From a virus (Duplodnaviria > Caudoviricetes): a stretch of 64,000 nucleotides of DNA. The stretch is taken from the IMG/VR virus record IMGVR_UViG_3300043959_000228; one strand, 5' to 3'. Under the pieces are notes generated by a model that was given only the letters and a program-made list of their open reading frames with translations, was not told where the DNA came from and searched no databases. The translations under genes were made by a program, and so were the position numbers. This document shows positions 10,508 to 20,128 of the stretch, one piece after another (the stretch's first letter is position 1; every line of letters begins with the position of its first letter).

Positions 10508-11224
10508 ATGGCATCTTGGGGCTTAACCGTTGATAAGAATGGCGTCATGCAATCGAGTATTTGTAGAGCGAAGCATCCCGGTTCGGGACGCTGTAATCAT
10601 TTCGCTCACGTCAAGAACGCCGCCAGCGCACAGAAATATATTGTTTTGCATCAATTACAACCTGATCTGATGAAGGTCGTGAATTACGATAAAGACGTTA
10701 ATTCGCTTCATGAGTCAGTAAAAGACTATATGTCAGATAGAGGAGTTGATGTTGAATACACGCCAACCGAGGATGGCGTCAATATCATTGATACATGGTT
10801 CAATGGAGATCGAAAATTAGCTGAGCGTATTCTTGGAGAGGCGCAGGAAGAGGGCGTCATTCCAAAGATCAAGGCATCTGATACTGTTCGTACTGATATT
10901 CACGATCTTACTGTTGCTGGTGTGAAGGTTGAGGTTGATGGTGACAGATTTGCTGGCATGAATCCCGAGGCCGATGTGTCACTCGACACTGATGTCTGGA
11001 TGACAGCTAATGGATTATCACATAAAATGATTGATGGTGAGGCTCCAGTAACATTAATGGTAGCTGAGGGCGCGGAGGAGGCTCATGCATCGGATAAGAT
11101 TAGATCGAATTGGTCAAAGGATCAATCACTAGATTCTCTCATCTCAGAGGAGCGTAGATCTGATTTCGAACACGCCGGATACGCTAGTCTTCATGGACAG
11201 ACCACTGATCAGATATCTGAGTAA
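10508..11224 (+). CDS. hypothetical protein with N-terminal Cys/His motif
   Basis: GGAGGG RBS places the start at 10508 (MASWGLTVDKNG...CRA...CNHFAH). Confidence 0.7.
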   Translation: MASWGLTVDKNGVMQSSICRAKHPGSGRCNHFAHVKNAASAQKYIVLHQLQPDLMKVVNYDKDVNSLHESVKDYMSDRGVDVEYTPTEDGVNIIDTWFNGDRKLAERILGEAQEEGVIPKIKASDTVRTDIHDLTVAGVKVEVDGDRFAGMNPEADVSLDTDVWMTANGLSHKMIDGEAPVTLMVAEGAEEAHASDKIRSNWSKDQSLDSLISEERRSDFEHAGYASLHGQTTDQISE

Positions 11225-11490
11225 TAGAATCATATCGGTCATAGGAATCCTAGCACGTCGTACATCTTATTAGTTATGTGACGGTTGCTAGGATTCTTTC
11301 ATTGTTAGACCGTTATTCCTCTTGTAGACGCATCTATTTGGTGCATATTTCATCATCTGTCATTTATTATTAGATTACTGATTCAGCGGTTTGCACACTC
11401 ATCATACACATCATTTTGACGGGTATAGACCATGTATCAAGAAGCAACAACTCGTTCGCGAGTATATTTTAAGGAGCAAGTATCATAAGT

Positions 11491-12465
11491 ATGTTAGCAT
11501 CAAATAATCACGCAAGCCCATCCTCACATCGTCAACCATTAGATGCAGATGACATCACCTTAATGCGTCTTGGTCATAAAGCGTCCGATGGATATTTCTT
11601 CACGCTAGATGAAGAGCTCTTCCTAGGTAAAATGATTAGATTATCGAGGACTGATTGTTCAGCGAGAGCAACACGAAGAGCCAGTAGAGCGAAACAATAT
11701 CTTGCACAGGCTAATCAACGATTAGTCTTTAAAATGGCTAATAAAGTCTATTCGAGTTATCCTAAAGGAACGACTCGTGAGGATGTCGTGTCCGCAGGAA
11801 ATCTAGGTCTCAGCAGAGCATTAGAAGATTATGATGATACCATGGGTAATAAATTGTCCACATATGCTACATGGTGGATCAGACATTATATTCAACGATT
11901 AGGTCATAAAATCGCTCGCATTGGTACTCTGCCTGATAGCAAGATTGGTATCATATCTGACGTTAAGAAGGAGACACTCCGCATTGAGGAGGAGGGCCGA
12001 TCAGTAACGAGTGAGGAAATGAAGACGATTCTCCAAACCCATGGTATTGATGAGGCTGAGTACAATAAGATCATGTCATTCAACAATACGCCATTCAGTT
12101 TTGATGCGCCAGTATTCAACGATGATTCTACTGAGGCTTCTGAGGTGATGAATTATGATGATACTCGTAATGAAATTATGGGTACGCCATTGGAGACGCC
12201 TGAGGGATCAGCAATCAAGAATGATACGATCAGCATATTCAATAAGGCCCTATCAGAATTGACGCCACTACAACAATCTCTCATTAACATGTCGTATATT
12301 GAGGATCGGCCTATGGGCGTTAATGGAGAAATTAAAAGAACGCAAGCGTCAATCCGTAGGACTCTTGGCGTCACGAAATCAGTAGCTGAAAGAGAATTGC
12401 AGAAGGGTCTCGCTCATCTTCGCGAACAAATGACATCATATGGCTATGGACCAAATCAGGAATGA
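11491..12465 (+). CDS. sigma-70 family RNA polymerase sigma factor (RpoD/SigB-like regions 2-4)
   Basis: ANQRLV, GNLGLSRA and LSTYATWWIR motifs; SFDAPV; region-4 HTH; AAGGAG RBS. Confidence 0.9.
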   Translation: MLASNNHASPSSHRQPLDADDITLMRLGHKASDGYFFTLDEELFLGKMIRLSRTDCSARATRRASRAKQYLAQANQRLVFKMANKVYSSYPKGTTREDVVSAGNLGLSRALEDYDDTMGNKLSTYATWWIRHYIQRLGHKIARIGTLPDSKIGIISDVKKETLRIEEEGRSVTSEEMKTILQTHGIDEAEYNKIMSFNNTPFSFDAPVFNDDSTEASEVMNYDDTRNEIMGTPLETPEGSAIKNDTISIFNKALSELTPLQQSLINMSYIEDRPMGVNGEIKRTQASIRRTLGVTKSVAERELQKGLAHLREQMTSYGYGPNQE

Positions 12466-12525
12466 CTCTATACTAACCGTTAGATATTCAATGACTGATC
12501 ATAACGATACATTGGGGATGAGTGA

Positions 12526-14802
12526 ATGAGTACATCTGAGGACACGTGGCATATGACGCCTAATGGCCCAACACCATGTCATGCAAAGATGAAGGAACGG
12601 TGTCCATATCGTGACAGGACACACGGGTCACAAAAGGATCTAGAGCGTCAGTATGAATCGGATATGACCATCGTAAATGATCTTAAGCATCGATTGACCA
12701 CAGCTGCACAGGCTTATTATCAGGGATCTGATACCGATTCACCAATGACCGATGACGAATACGATGCTGGTATCAAATACCTCAAACAATTGAATACCTC
12801 GTATCGTCTTAATGATCAGGACATTACGAATCTTATCGACGGTAAGGTAGCGGGTGGCACGACAGTTGACGTGAAGAATGATCACAAAGTCCATCACGAC
12901 GTACCAATGCTATCATTACGTAAAGCCGATAGCGAGGAGCAAGTGACCAGTTATCTCCAGGATATGGAGACTCAAGGAGCCACCGGATTCAAATTACAGG
13001 CTAAACTTGATGGTATTGCCTGCTCCGCAGAATACGAGCAGGGCCACTTGGAGAGGATGTCTACTCGTGGTAATGGTGCTGATGGTGAGGATATGTCATA
13101 TCTCGTGGAGAACCCAGACGTCCAAGTTAAAGGTCTTCCACAACAGTTGAACGGTAAACTGGCGAATGCTGACGTCGAGATTAGAGGAGAGCTATTCCTT
13201 CGACCATCTGAGTTTGATAAGATGAATGCAGCTAAACGAGCCTCAGGAGACGATGAATACAAGAATCCTAGGAACACGAATGCTGGTATCGTCAAACGAG
13301 CGGCTAATGGCATGCATGGAGAAAAAGCTACTCTGCAATTTGTCATGTACAAGATTGTCGGTCATAACATATCAGAGGAGGACCTAGTCAGTTCTGGTGT
13401 GGCCGAAGTATCTAGAGTGACGAAGGAAGAATGGGATAAAACTGGACTTGCTAGACCGGATCAACTGTCCATATCTATGAAGGATAGAACACCTGATGAG
13501 GTCACGAATGAGACCATGAATATCATTAATGCCTTCGGACCAGTTCGTGATGAATTAGATTTGCCAACCGATGGTATCGTCATCAAGCCGATCAATGAGC
13601 AAGCAATGGACGATCAGATGGGATCGAACGCTCATCATCCATTATCACAATTAGCCTGGAAGTATCAAGGAGCGAAGGCTCAGGTGAAAATTACGGGTGT
13701 AAGCTGGACTGTAGGAAAATCAGGTAAGCTGACGCCTACGCTTCATTATGAGCCGACAGCATTCGGAGGATCAATTAACGCGAACGCTACTCTGCATAAT
13801 CCAGCTATCTTAAATGAACTTGGCCTATCCATAGGAGCTGTGGTCGAGGTCGAGAAACGCCATGATATTCTTCCTGAGATTATTCGAGAACGACCTATAT
13901 TCACGCCCAAGGACAGCTCCATCATCAAGCCACCCGAACATTGTCCATATTGTGGATCTTTTATCAGTTCTTCTGATAGATTGTCCTTCTGTCCTAATGC
14001 TAAATGCCCATCACGTGGAGCATACATGTTGAAAGCGGCCGCTAGTAAGGGATCGTTGAATTTTGATGGTATGGGCAATCACCTCATCGAATCTTTACAG
14101 GACAATGGACAGGTGTCAACCATAGCAGATTTCTACGATCTTACTGAGGATTCATTATCAAACACGCCAGTAGGCATAAATGCTGACGGCAAGCCAAAGA
14201 TCTTTGGACATACACGAGCTAAGCATGTCATGGATTTTATCACGGCAAGTAAGAAATTGCCATTTCATAAGGTACTACCAAGTCTATCTATTAACGATCT
14301 CGGTCCTCAAACGGCTAAAGCCATCATTAAGGAATATCCTTCTATTGACGCTATTAGACAAGCGTCAATAGATGATCTTAGCACAATTGATGGTATTGGG
14401 CCTGAGACGGCACGTAAAGTCAAAGAGGGCATAGATGATCAGTGGGACACCATTGAACGCTTGCGTAAAGCCGGATTGCAATTTGAAGAGCACGATGATC
14501 ATGCCATGAATCCTATGCGCGATGACGACCCGGCGGTTAAGGCTGTTAAGGGGAAGTTTTTCAGTATCAGTGGTACTGTGCCATCGGGATATGCTAATCG
14601 TTCGGAGTGGCAGGAATTCGTTTCAGCTATGGGTGGAACTGCTCAAGGATCACCGAATAAAACCACGGATTATATGATCGGTAATCCAGATGATACGTCA
14701 AGTAAGATCATCAAAGCTAAGAAATTAGGCGTGACGATCATATCTCCAGATGACTTCATGAGAGCCGTGAGAAATGGTTCTTTCGAAGATAACGTGGCGT
14801 GA
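12526..14802 (+). CDS. ligA: NAD-dependent DNA ligase with an extra N-terminal Cys/His module
   Basis: MTDDEYD, PMLSL, KLDG, TRGNG, EIRGE, NPRN, DGIVIK, C4 zinc finger, HhH repeats and BRCT. Confidence 0.95.
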   Translation: MSTSEDTWHMTPNGPTPCHAKMKERCPYRDRTHGSQKDLERQYESDMTIVNDLKHRLTTAAQAYYQGSDTDSPMTDDEYDAGIKYLKQLNTSYRLNDQDITNLIDGKVAGGTTVDVKNDHKVHHDVPMLSLRKADSEEQVTSYLQDMETQGATGFKLQAKLDGIACSAEYEQGHLERMSTRGNGADGEDMSYLVENPDVQVKGLPQQLNGKLANADVEIRGELFLRPSEFDKMNAAKRASGDDEYKNPRNTNAGIVKRAANGMHGEKATLQFVMYKIVGHNISEEDLVSSGVAEVSRVTKEEWDKTGLARPDQLSISMKDRTPDEVTNETMNIINAFGPVRDELDLPTDGIVIKPINEQAMDDQMGSNAHHPLSQLAWKYQGAKAQVKITGVSWTVGKSGKLTPTLHYEPTAFGGSINANATLHNPAILNELGLSIGAVVEVEKRHDILPEIIRERPIFTPKDSSIIKPPEHCPYCGSFISSSDRLSFCPNAKCPSRGAYMLKAAASKGSLNFDGMGNHLIESLQDNGQVSTIADFYDLTEDSLSNTPVGINADGKPKIFGHTRAKHVMDFITASKKLPFHKVLPSLSINDLGPQTAKAIIKEYPSIDAIRQASIDDLSTIDGIGPETARKVKEGIDDQWDTIERLRKAGLQFEEHDDHAMNPMRDDDPAVKAVKGKFFSISGTVPSGYANRSEWQEFVSAMGGTAQGSPNKTTDYMIGNPDDTSSKIIKAKKLGVTIISPDDFMRAVRNGSFEDNVA

Positions 14803-14966
14803 TAACGACCACGTTATATTCATCCTACGATGATCTCAGGACGACGGGAAAAGTTGTATTACAACACGATGTCAGATTATCTACGTAAGATTAATGATAC
14901 TGATATCTACTTCATCCTGAACCTATCTAATTACGATAATCAAACAATATAAGGAGTGCAACTACT

Positions 14967-15188
14967 ATGGTTAAGATCTACACGAAACAGCGATGCCCAC
15001 AATGCGAGGCCACGAAAAGGCGGATGCGTAAGAATGGCGTAGATTATATTGAAGAGGACGCCATCAGTCATCTAGACGATTTAAAGACCATGGGCTTCAT
15101 GGCTGCTCCAGTCGTGATGACAGATCAGACGAACTGGTCTGGTTATCGCCCAGATCTTATTGATGCATTAACAACGGTTAACGTCTGA
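14967..15188 (+). CDS. nrdH: glutaredoxin-like NrdH
   Basis: IYTK..CPQC, APVV, WSGYRPD; AAGGAG RBS. Confidence 0.9.
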   Translation: MVKIYTKQRCPQCEATKRRMRKNGVDYIEEDAISHLDDLKTMGFMAAPVVMTDQTNWSGYRPDLIDALTTVNV

Positions 15189-15223
15189 AAAATAATGCCC
15201 TACCAGTGCTATACTCACTGGAT

Positions 15224-15356
15224 TAGATCTAGTTAGGCTCAGAACATGACTCTTTACTCATGTTCTGAGCCTATTCAGATTGGTGCTGGCCGTAAAAGCC
15301 CTCAGATGATACGTTATACTAGACGAGACAAGAATTAGGATTAGACGCGAGATCTA
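15224..15356 (+). repeat. 133-bp dispersed element, copy 1
   Basis: TAGATCT...AGATCTA ends and an internal 15-bp inverted repeat; near-identical copies at 27704 and 43654. Confidence 0.9.
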
Positions 15357-15372
15357 CAGTGATCGTAGCTGA

Positions 15373-15401
15373 TTGACAAAAGATCATTGATAACATATAA
15401 T
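15373..15401 (+). promoter_or_regulatory. consensus primary-sigma promoter
   Basis: TTGACA-17-TATAAT upstream of 15412. Confidence 0.8.
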
Positions 15402-15411
15402 CAATCATATT

Positions 15412-16005
15412 GTGTTAGCTATTATGAAGGAAGAAGACGTGCATCAAATCATTATGAGCCCATCTGATCTTCATATGATCAGTACTCGATCAGTGTCATA
15501 CGCCTGTGGAAGAATGACCTATGTCACTGATGTTATCAAAGATGCGATCATGATGCTACGACCGATACTGGATACATCGTCTATACATGATATCATATCG
15601 ATGGTTCAACACAGAATTGATACGAATACAGCTGGTATGTCATACGATAGGGATATGGTATGGTCATCACTCATCAAATCGTTATCATCTAAAGAATCAG
15701 TATCAACATCAACGGTCAGCTTGCCCTCAGACACGTATTACTCAATCATCAGTTCTGCCTTTAGAGATATGAGCGCTGATTGGCCACATCATATTGACGA
15801 GCATGAGATCATATCCATGACGAACCTGATGACAGCCATATGGCCATATATGAATCTACGATGGAGAACCGTTATGATGAATGATTGGATAGAGCTTAAT
15901 CGTTATGCGCACATATCACTTGATCAACCTCTACGTATGGATGATCGTACTCTAAACGACGATGAATATCTTACTGTCATCGTATCAAGGAATCGGGAGT
16001 GTTAA
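15412..16005 (+). CDS. hypothetical protein
   Basis: 197 aa ORF after a consensus promoter; SYACGRMTYV motif. Confidence 0.65.
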   Translation: MLAIMKEEDVHQIIMSPSDLHMISTRSVSYACGRMTYVTDVIKDAIMMLRPILDTSSIHDIISMVQHRIDTNTAGMSYDRDMVWSSLIKSLSSKESVSTSTVSLPSDTYYSIISSAFRDMSADWPHHIDEHEIISMTNLMTAIWPYMNLRWRTVMMNDWIELNRYAHISLDQPLRMDDRTLNDDEYLTVIVSRNREC

Positions 16006-16702
16006 CATCGTGAATCATAGAATTATCGGATTAGCCACTGGAGGTTTCATCGGCAGTGTGGTTTTCCTCATGCAGCCAGTGGGCGCATCGATATGGACAT
16101 TCGCTGTGGCTTTAGGTGTTGGTCTCGGTATTGGAGCGGTCATCTCACATCTATTCGATGAAACGAAGAATCAATTATCACTATCCAATGTCGCTAAGCC
16201 ATTAACTCGACCATCGTCCTCGTCGATTCGACTGGATAACGCTCAATCATTCCTAGCCATGCTATCTGATAAACAGGGTCAGGTTCAGGATGACGCGGTC
16301 TCTGAGGAGATAGGTGAATTAATAGACGTATCCACATTACTCGTGCAATATGTGCAGAATTATCCGCATCAGAGTACATCGTTAAGCGCGTTCTTATCAT
16401 CGTATTCTGCTCAGACCGAACAGGTTCTCACTGGGTACATCACTGTTGAGAAATATCATGGAAAGAATCTTGACGCTACAAAACAATATACGATATCAGC
16501 TCTTAATGCATTAGAGGGAGCGGCTCAAGGTGTGCTTGACTCTGCTAATGATCAGCAAAGTACAGCTGTTGAGGCTAGCAGTGAGGCTATTAATCGACTG
16601 GCAGCGATGCAAGGATTCACACCTGATGCTGATCATCCTAGTGAGGCATTGCAAGCAGCCGAGGACTTGAAACGCTTAACGGTGAATAAACCATCCGTGT
16701 AA
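15962..16702 (+). CDS. XpaC-like (5-bromo-4-chloroindolyl phosphate hydrolysis family) membrane protein; true start probably about 16010
   Basis: Two TM helices plus a helical domain (FLSSY...YITVE), immediately upstream of telA as in xpaC-yaaN pairs. Confidence 0.7.
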   Translation: MNILLSSYQGIGSVNIVNHRIIGLATGGFIGSVVFLMQPVGASIWTFAVALGVGLGIGAVISHLFDETKNQLSLSNVAKPLTRPSSSSIRLDNAQSFLAMLSDKQGQVQDDAVSEEIGELIDVSTLLVQYVQNYPHQSTSLSAFLSSYSAQTEQVLTGYITVEKYHGKNLDATKQYTISALNALEGAAQGVLDSANDQQSTAVEASSEAINRLAAMQGFTPDADHPSEALQAAEDLKRLTVNKPSV

Positions 16703-16769
16703 GGATGATGACTAATTGCCATCATCCGATGCATAGGATAAAATACATTATCAATCAAAGGAGCAAAGA

Positions 16770-17951
16770 ATGTCAGACACGAATGGCAGTAATATCAGAA
16801 TTGATGGTGAGCAGAAATCCATCTCCATGGACGATCTCATGAAATCATCCACTCAGGGTGATGTCCAATCACAAATCCAGCCTATGAGTGATCCTAGTGC
16901 GAGTCAGCCAACTCAAGTGGAGGCCGTTGACCATCTTACTGATGCCGATCAGCAACAGGTTGATGAAATTGCAAAGAGTATTGATCTCACTAAAAACGAT
17001 CTTGATTCATCGTATGGTGCTGAGGCTCAGAGAACGATGGGTCAATTTGCCGAGTCTATTCTATCCAATACTCGATCCAAGGATGCTGGACAAGCGGGAC
17101 AGTTAATGCAGAGTCTTGTAACGACCATTGACGATTCTCATCTTAGCGGCGTGAAGAAAGTTCCAATTATCGGTAAGATCGTCATGAAGACCGAGGAGAT
17201 CAAACGGCAGTATCAAAAGGTCACACCTCAGATTGACGATATTGTCGATAAGCTGTTACAGTCACAGGCTCAGATGCAGGCTGATATTGCCATGTATGAT
17301 ACGATGTATGATAAGAATCTTGAGCAATACAAATCGTTGAAGATTTACGTGGCTGCCGGTCGTAAGAGCCTTAACGATTTTAGGGAGCAGCAGCTACCAG
17401 CGTTAGAGCAGCAGTCAACGACATCTGGTGATCCTATGCAGGCTCAGATTCTTAAGGACTTCAAGGATAAGCTTGATCGTTTTGAGAAGAGATTAGACGA
17501 TCTTGATCGTATCAGTGTTGTATCACTCCAGAACGCTCCTCAAATTAAGATCCTTCAGAATGCTGATCGAAAGATTGCTGATAAAGTCAATACGACGATT
17601 ACAACGACCATTCCATTATGGAAGTCCCAGATGGTCATCGCACTGGGCTTGGCTCGCCAGAACGAAGCCCTTAAGTTGCAGAATAGTGTTGACGATACGA
17701 CGAATAAGCTGCTGAGTCAGAACGCTGCCGCTCTTCACACTGGAGTCGTAAATGCTGAGAAGGCTAATCAGCGTAGTGTCGTTGATATTGAGACTCTACA
17801 GAAAGTCAACTCTGAATTAATAGCAACCTTGAAGGAGACACAGCAGATTCAGGAGGATGGTCGAAAGAAGCGAGCTGCCGCCGAGGATCAGATGCGAGAA
17901 ATCGAGGCTAATCTGAGAACAGCTCTCATGGATAATATCACATCTGCCTGA
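16770..17951 (+). CDS. telA: toxic anion resistance protein TelA/KlaA family
   Basis: YGAEAQ, RFEKRLDDL, APQIKILQN, TTIPLWKSQMVIAL and VDIETL motifs. Confidence 0.9.
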   Translation: MSDTNGSNIRIDGEQKSISMDDLMKSSTQGDVQSQIQPMSDPSASQPTQVEAVDHLTDADQQQVDEIAKSIDLTKNDLDSSYGAEAQRTMGQFAESILSNTRSKDAGQAGQLMQSLVTTIDDSHLSGVKKVPIIGKIVMKTEEIKRQYQKVTPQIDDIVDKLLQSQAQMQADIAMYDTMYDKNLEQYKSLKIYVAAGRKSLNDFREQQLPALEQQSTTSGDPMQAQILKDFKDKLDRFEKRLDDLDRISVVSLQNAPQIKILQNADRKIADKVNTTITTTIPLWKSQMVIALGLARQNEALKLQNSVDDTTNKLLSQNAAALHTGVVNAEKANQRSVVDIETLQKVNSELIATLKETQQIQEDGRKKRAAAEDQMREIEANLRTALMDNITSA

Positions 17952-17961
17952 TCATAGGTTT

Positions 17962-18004
17962 TTAGGGCCAATTCTTTAGATATGATAACGAGAATTGGCC
18001 CTAA
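17962..18004 (+). terminator. terminator hairpin
   Basis: TTAGGGCCAATTCT / AGAATTGGCCCTAA. Confidence 0.7.
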
Positions 18005-18041
18005 GATCATGTTAGAGGCGGCATCCTGATATATTCATATT

Positions 18042-18818
18042 GTGAAAATTTTGACTTGGAATATCTTGAATAAGACAGATACGTTGTGGGATCGTTTACC
18101 CATGATTATGGAGGTTCTTGACTTTGAGAATCCTGATTGCATCTGTATTCAAGAAGTTCTCGACGCTGGTAAGAACTCCGTTAGAGCAAGTCTTAAACGC
18201 ATAGGATACGACATGAGCAATGGCTCTAAGAGCGCAACAAAAGACCGCTCATACGTTGCCTGGAAGACAAAAGATTATCACGTCATTGATGAAAGAACAA
18301 TAGATGATATTGATGTTGACGCTGTCCGTCTTCAATCCGATACGAATAAAACAATAAGTCTATTATCATATCATGGATTATACGGCGCTGAACACAGTGG
18401 TGGCAGACTTCGAGAACTACGATCAATCATGCATCTTACTGATCACCGTAATCCTGATAGCATTAATGCATCTGAAGATGACGTTTACCTCGCGGGAGAT
18501 TTTAATGCTCTACCAAATGAGATTGGGATGAGAGCTATGAGGGGTCTAGAAGGAGACGCGGTTTACTGGACTGACGCTTTTGACGCCTCGCCTAGGGTTC
18601 GTGGTCTCGAGGATGGAACCTCAATAAGGACAGGATTAGGATTGATTACGGCCTTGAACAATGATGTTCTCATACCCGCTAGTCTTCCCAAGAGAAGAAT
18701 TGACTATATCCTACATCAAGGATGGTCGTATGGAAAACCTGGAGGATTTACCAATCTAAAAGGCGTGAATCGTGATGACTTATCCGATCATGTCATTCTC
18801 ATAGCAGAGACGCTATGA
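18042..18818 (+). CDS. endonuclease/exonuclease/phosphatase (EEP) family protein
   Basis: LTWNI, CIQEV, AGDFN, RIDYI and SDH motifs. Confidence 0.9.
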   Translation: MKILTWNILNKTDTLWDRLPMIMEVLDFENPDCICIQEVLDAGKNSVRASLKRIGYDMSNGSKSATKDRSYVAWKTKDYHVIDERTIDDIDVDAVRLQSDTNKTISLLSYHGLYGAEHSGGRLRELRSIMHLTDHRNPDSINASEDDVYLAGDFNALPNEIGMRAMRGLEGDAVYWTDAFDASPRVRGLEDGTSIRTGLGLITALNNDVLIPASLPKRRIDYILHQGWSYGKPGGFTNLKGVNRDDLSDHVILIAETL

Positions 18819-18980
18819 TCGTATTAGACGTCCTCTGACTCATAGTTCGAGCGCGTTGCTATGAACCAGTGGCCGAGAGCCTGGGTGTATGCCCAGGCTT
18901 TTATTTATTGGTTGACATGATCAGGCCATTCGTGATACAATAGTATCTGTCAATAATTCATCACAGAAAGGTGTCTCATT

Positions 18981-19592
18981 ATGGTTTCAGCAGTATCAGC
19001 ATCGAAGGACGAAATGCTCGTTAAGGACGTCGCCGCAGCATTGAATCTTAGTAAGAGCGTCATTCTTGGTCATATCAGAGCCAAGAATCTTAAAGCATCA
19101 AAGCGTATGGTCTCATATCCTGACAAGTCCGTGAATGGCGTGTCACTCGTCTATCCAACGTACTTCATCAAACAATCTGACTTCAAGACCTTCAAGCGCA
19201 ATCTTGCTCGCGGAGCCGTCAACGAGGTATTCACTGATGGTATCAAGGTGCCAACAGCTGCGAAGAAATATGGTCTGACTCAGAATGAAATTCGCTATGG
19301 TGTCACCTCCGGTAAGATTCGTAAACTCGGCTCTCAGAACCTTCTCATCGTCAAGGAATCTGACGTGAAGAAATACGCTAATGAGAAGAACGAATCGTAT
19401 CTTCCCATGAAGCCACTGCTCAATCGTCTCGCTAAGGTCGGGTACGATGTTAACGACGGTAAGATCAGGTATCTCCAGCACAAGGGATCCATTCGTTCCA
19501 AGGACGGGCTGTCTGACAATTCGTCAACGTCAAGAATCTACTTCAACATCAATGATGCTCTGAAGGTTCTTAGGGCAAAGTCCTCTAAGTAA
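18981..19592 (+). CDS. basic DNA-binding protein with three tandem MerR/excisionase-like HTH units
   Basis: VKDVAAALNLS..IRAKNLKA, VPTAAKKYGLT..VTSGKIR and a third degenerate unit; TTGACA-18-TACAAT promoter at 18912..18941. Confidence 0.7.
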   Translation: MVSAVSASKDEMLVKDVAAALNLSKSVILGHIRAKNLKASKRMVSYPDKSVNGVSLVYPTYFIKQSDFKTFKRNLARGAVNEVFTDGIKVPTAAKKYGLTQNEIRYGVTSGKIRKLGSQNLLIVKESDVKKYANEKNESYLPMKPLLNRLAKVGYDVNDGKIRYLQHKGSIRSKDGLSDNSSTSRIYFNINDALKVLRAKSSK

Positions 19593-19609
19593 TTAATCGT
19601 ACTTAGCAG

Positions 19610-19643
19610 AGTGGGGCGGAACACCAATGTGTTCCGCCCCACT
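19610..19643. terminator. bidirectional terminator-like hairpin
   Basis: AGTGGGGCGGAACAC / GTGTTCCGCCCCACT. Confidence 0.8.
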
Positions 19644-19739
19644 TGTATATGTATTAGCATTTACCATATCAGAGAAGAGCCTATTAGACGGCCTTCTAAC
19701 GAATGATTAGCCTTATATGATATATTTTACGTCAATATA

Positions 19740-20050
19740 GTCATAGTCCGTTAGACCGGCGGTTCTGTGCCTCTCAGTATCATCTTATCAGCATTCCTCG
19801 GCTGATAGGGCCCGAATCAGGTGAGACTACTGGTTCACTGTAACTTCGTGTAGTGGTAATCCCTGTGGCCTTGGTGCATGGCGTCAGTTTTTTGGGGGGT
19901 GGTGGGAATTTGGGGAACCGCGGCACCGCAACGATAGAGCGTGTGCACGAGGAAGCATATCCTAGGAATACGATTTGCATGATCGGTCTGTTAATGCCCA
20001 CCCCACGACCCACCACTAACACGACCAACCATCCAGGACATCCTAAACAA
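19740..20050 (-). ncRNA. candidate structured ncRNA or single-strand/origin element
   Basis: Non-coding gap. A long stem at 19957..20041 pairs fully only on the minus strand (5 G-U pairs); promoter-like TTGACC/TATACT at about 20053..20079. Confidence 0.45.
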
Positions 20051-20128
20051 CTAGTATAGACTATACACACTTAGGTCAAGTATTAATCATACTAGACCAT
20101 CGACGCTAAGTGGCGTATCCCTACATCA

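Noticed and set aside
19780-20070. ORFs 19780..20070(-) and 19853..20059(+)
   Set aside because: No RBS and odd composition driven by G/C tracts; the region is better explained as structured non-coding sequence.
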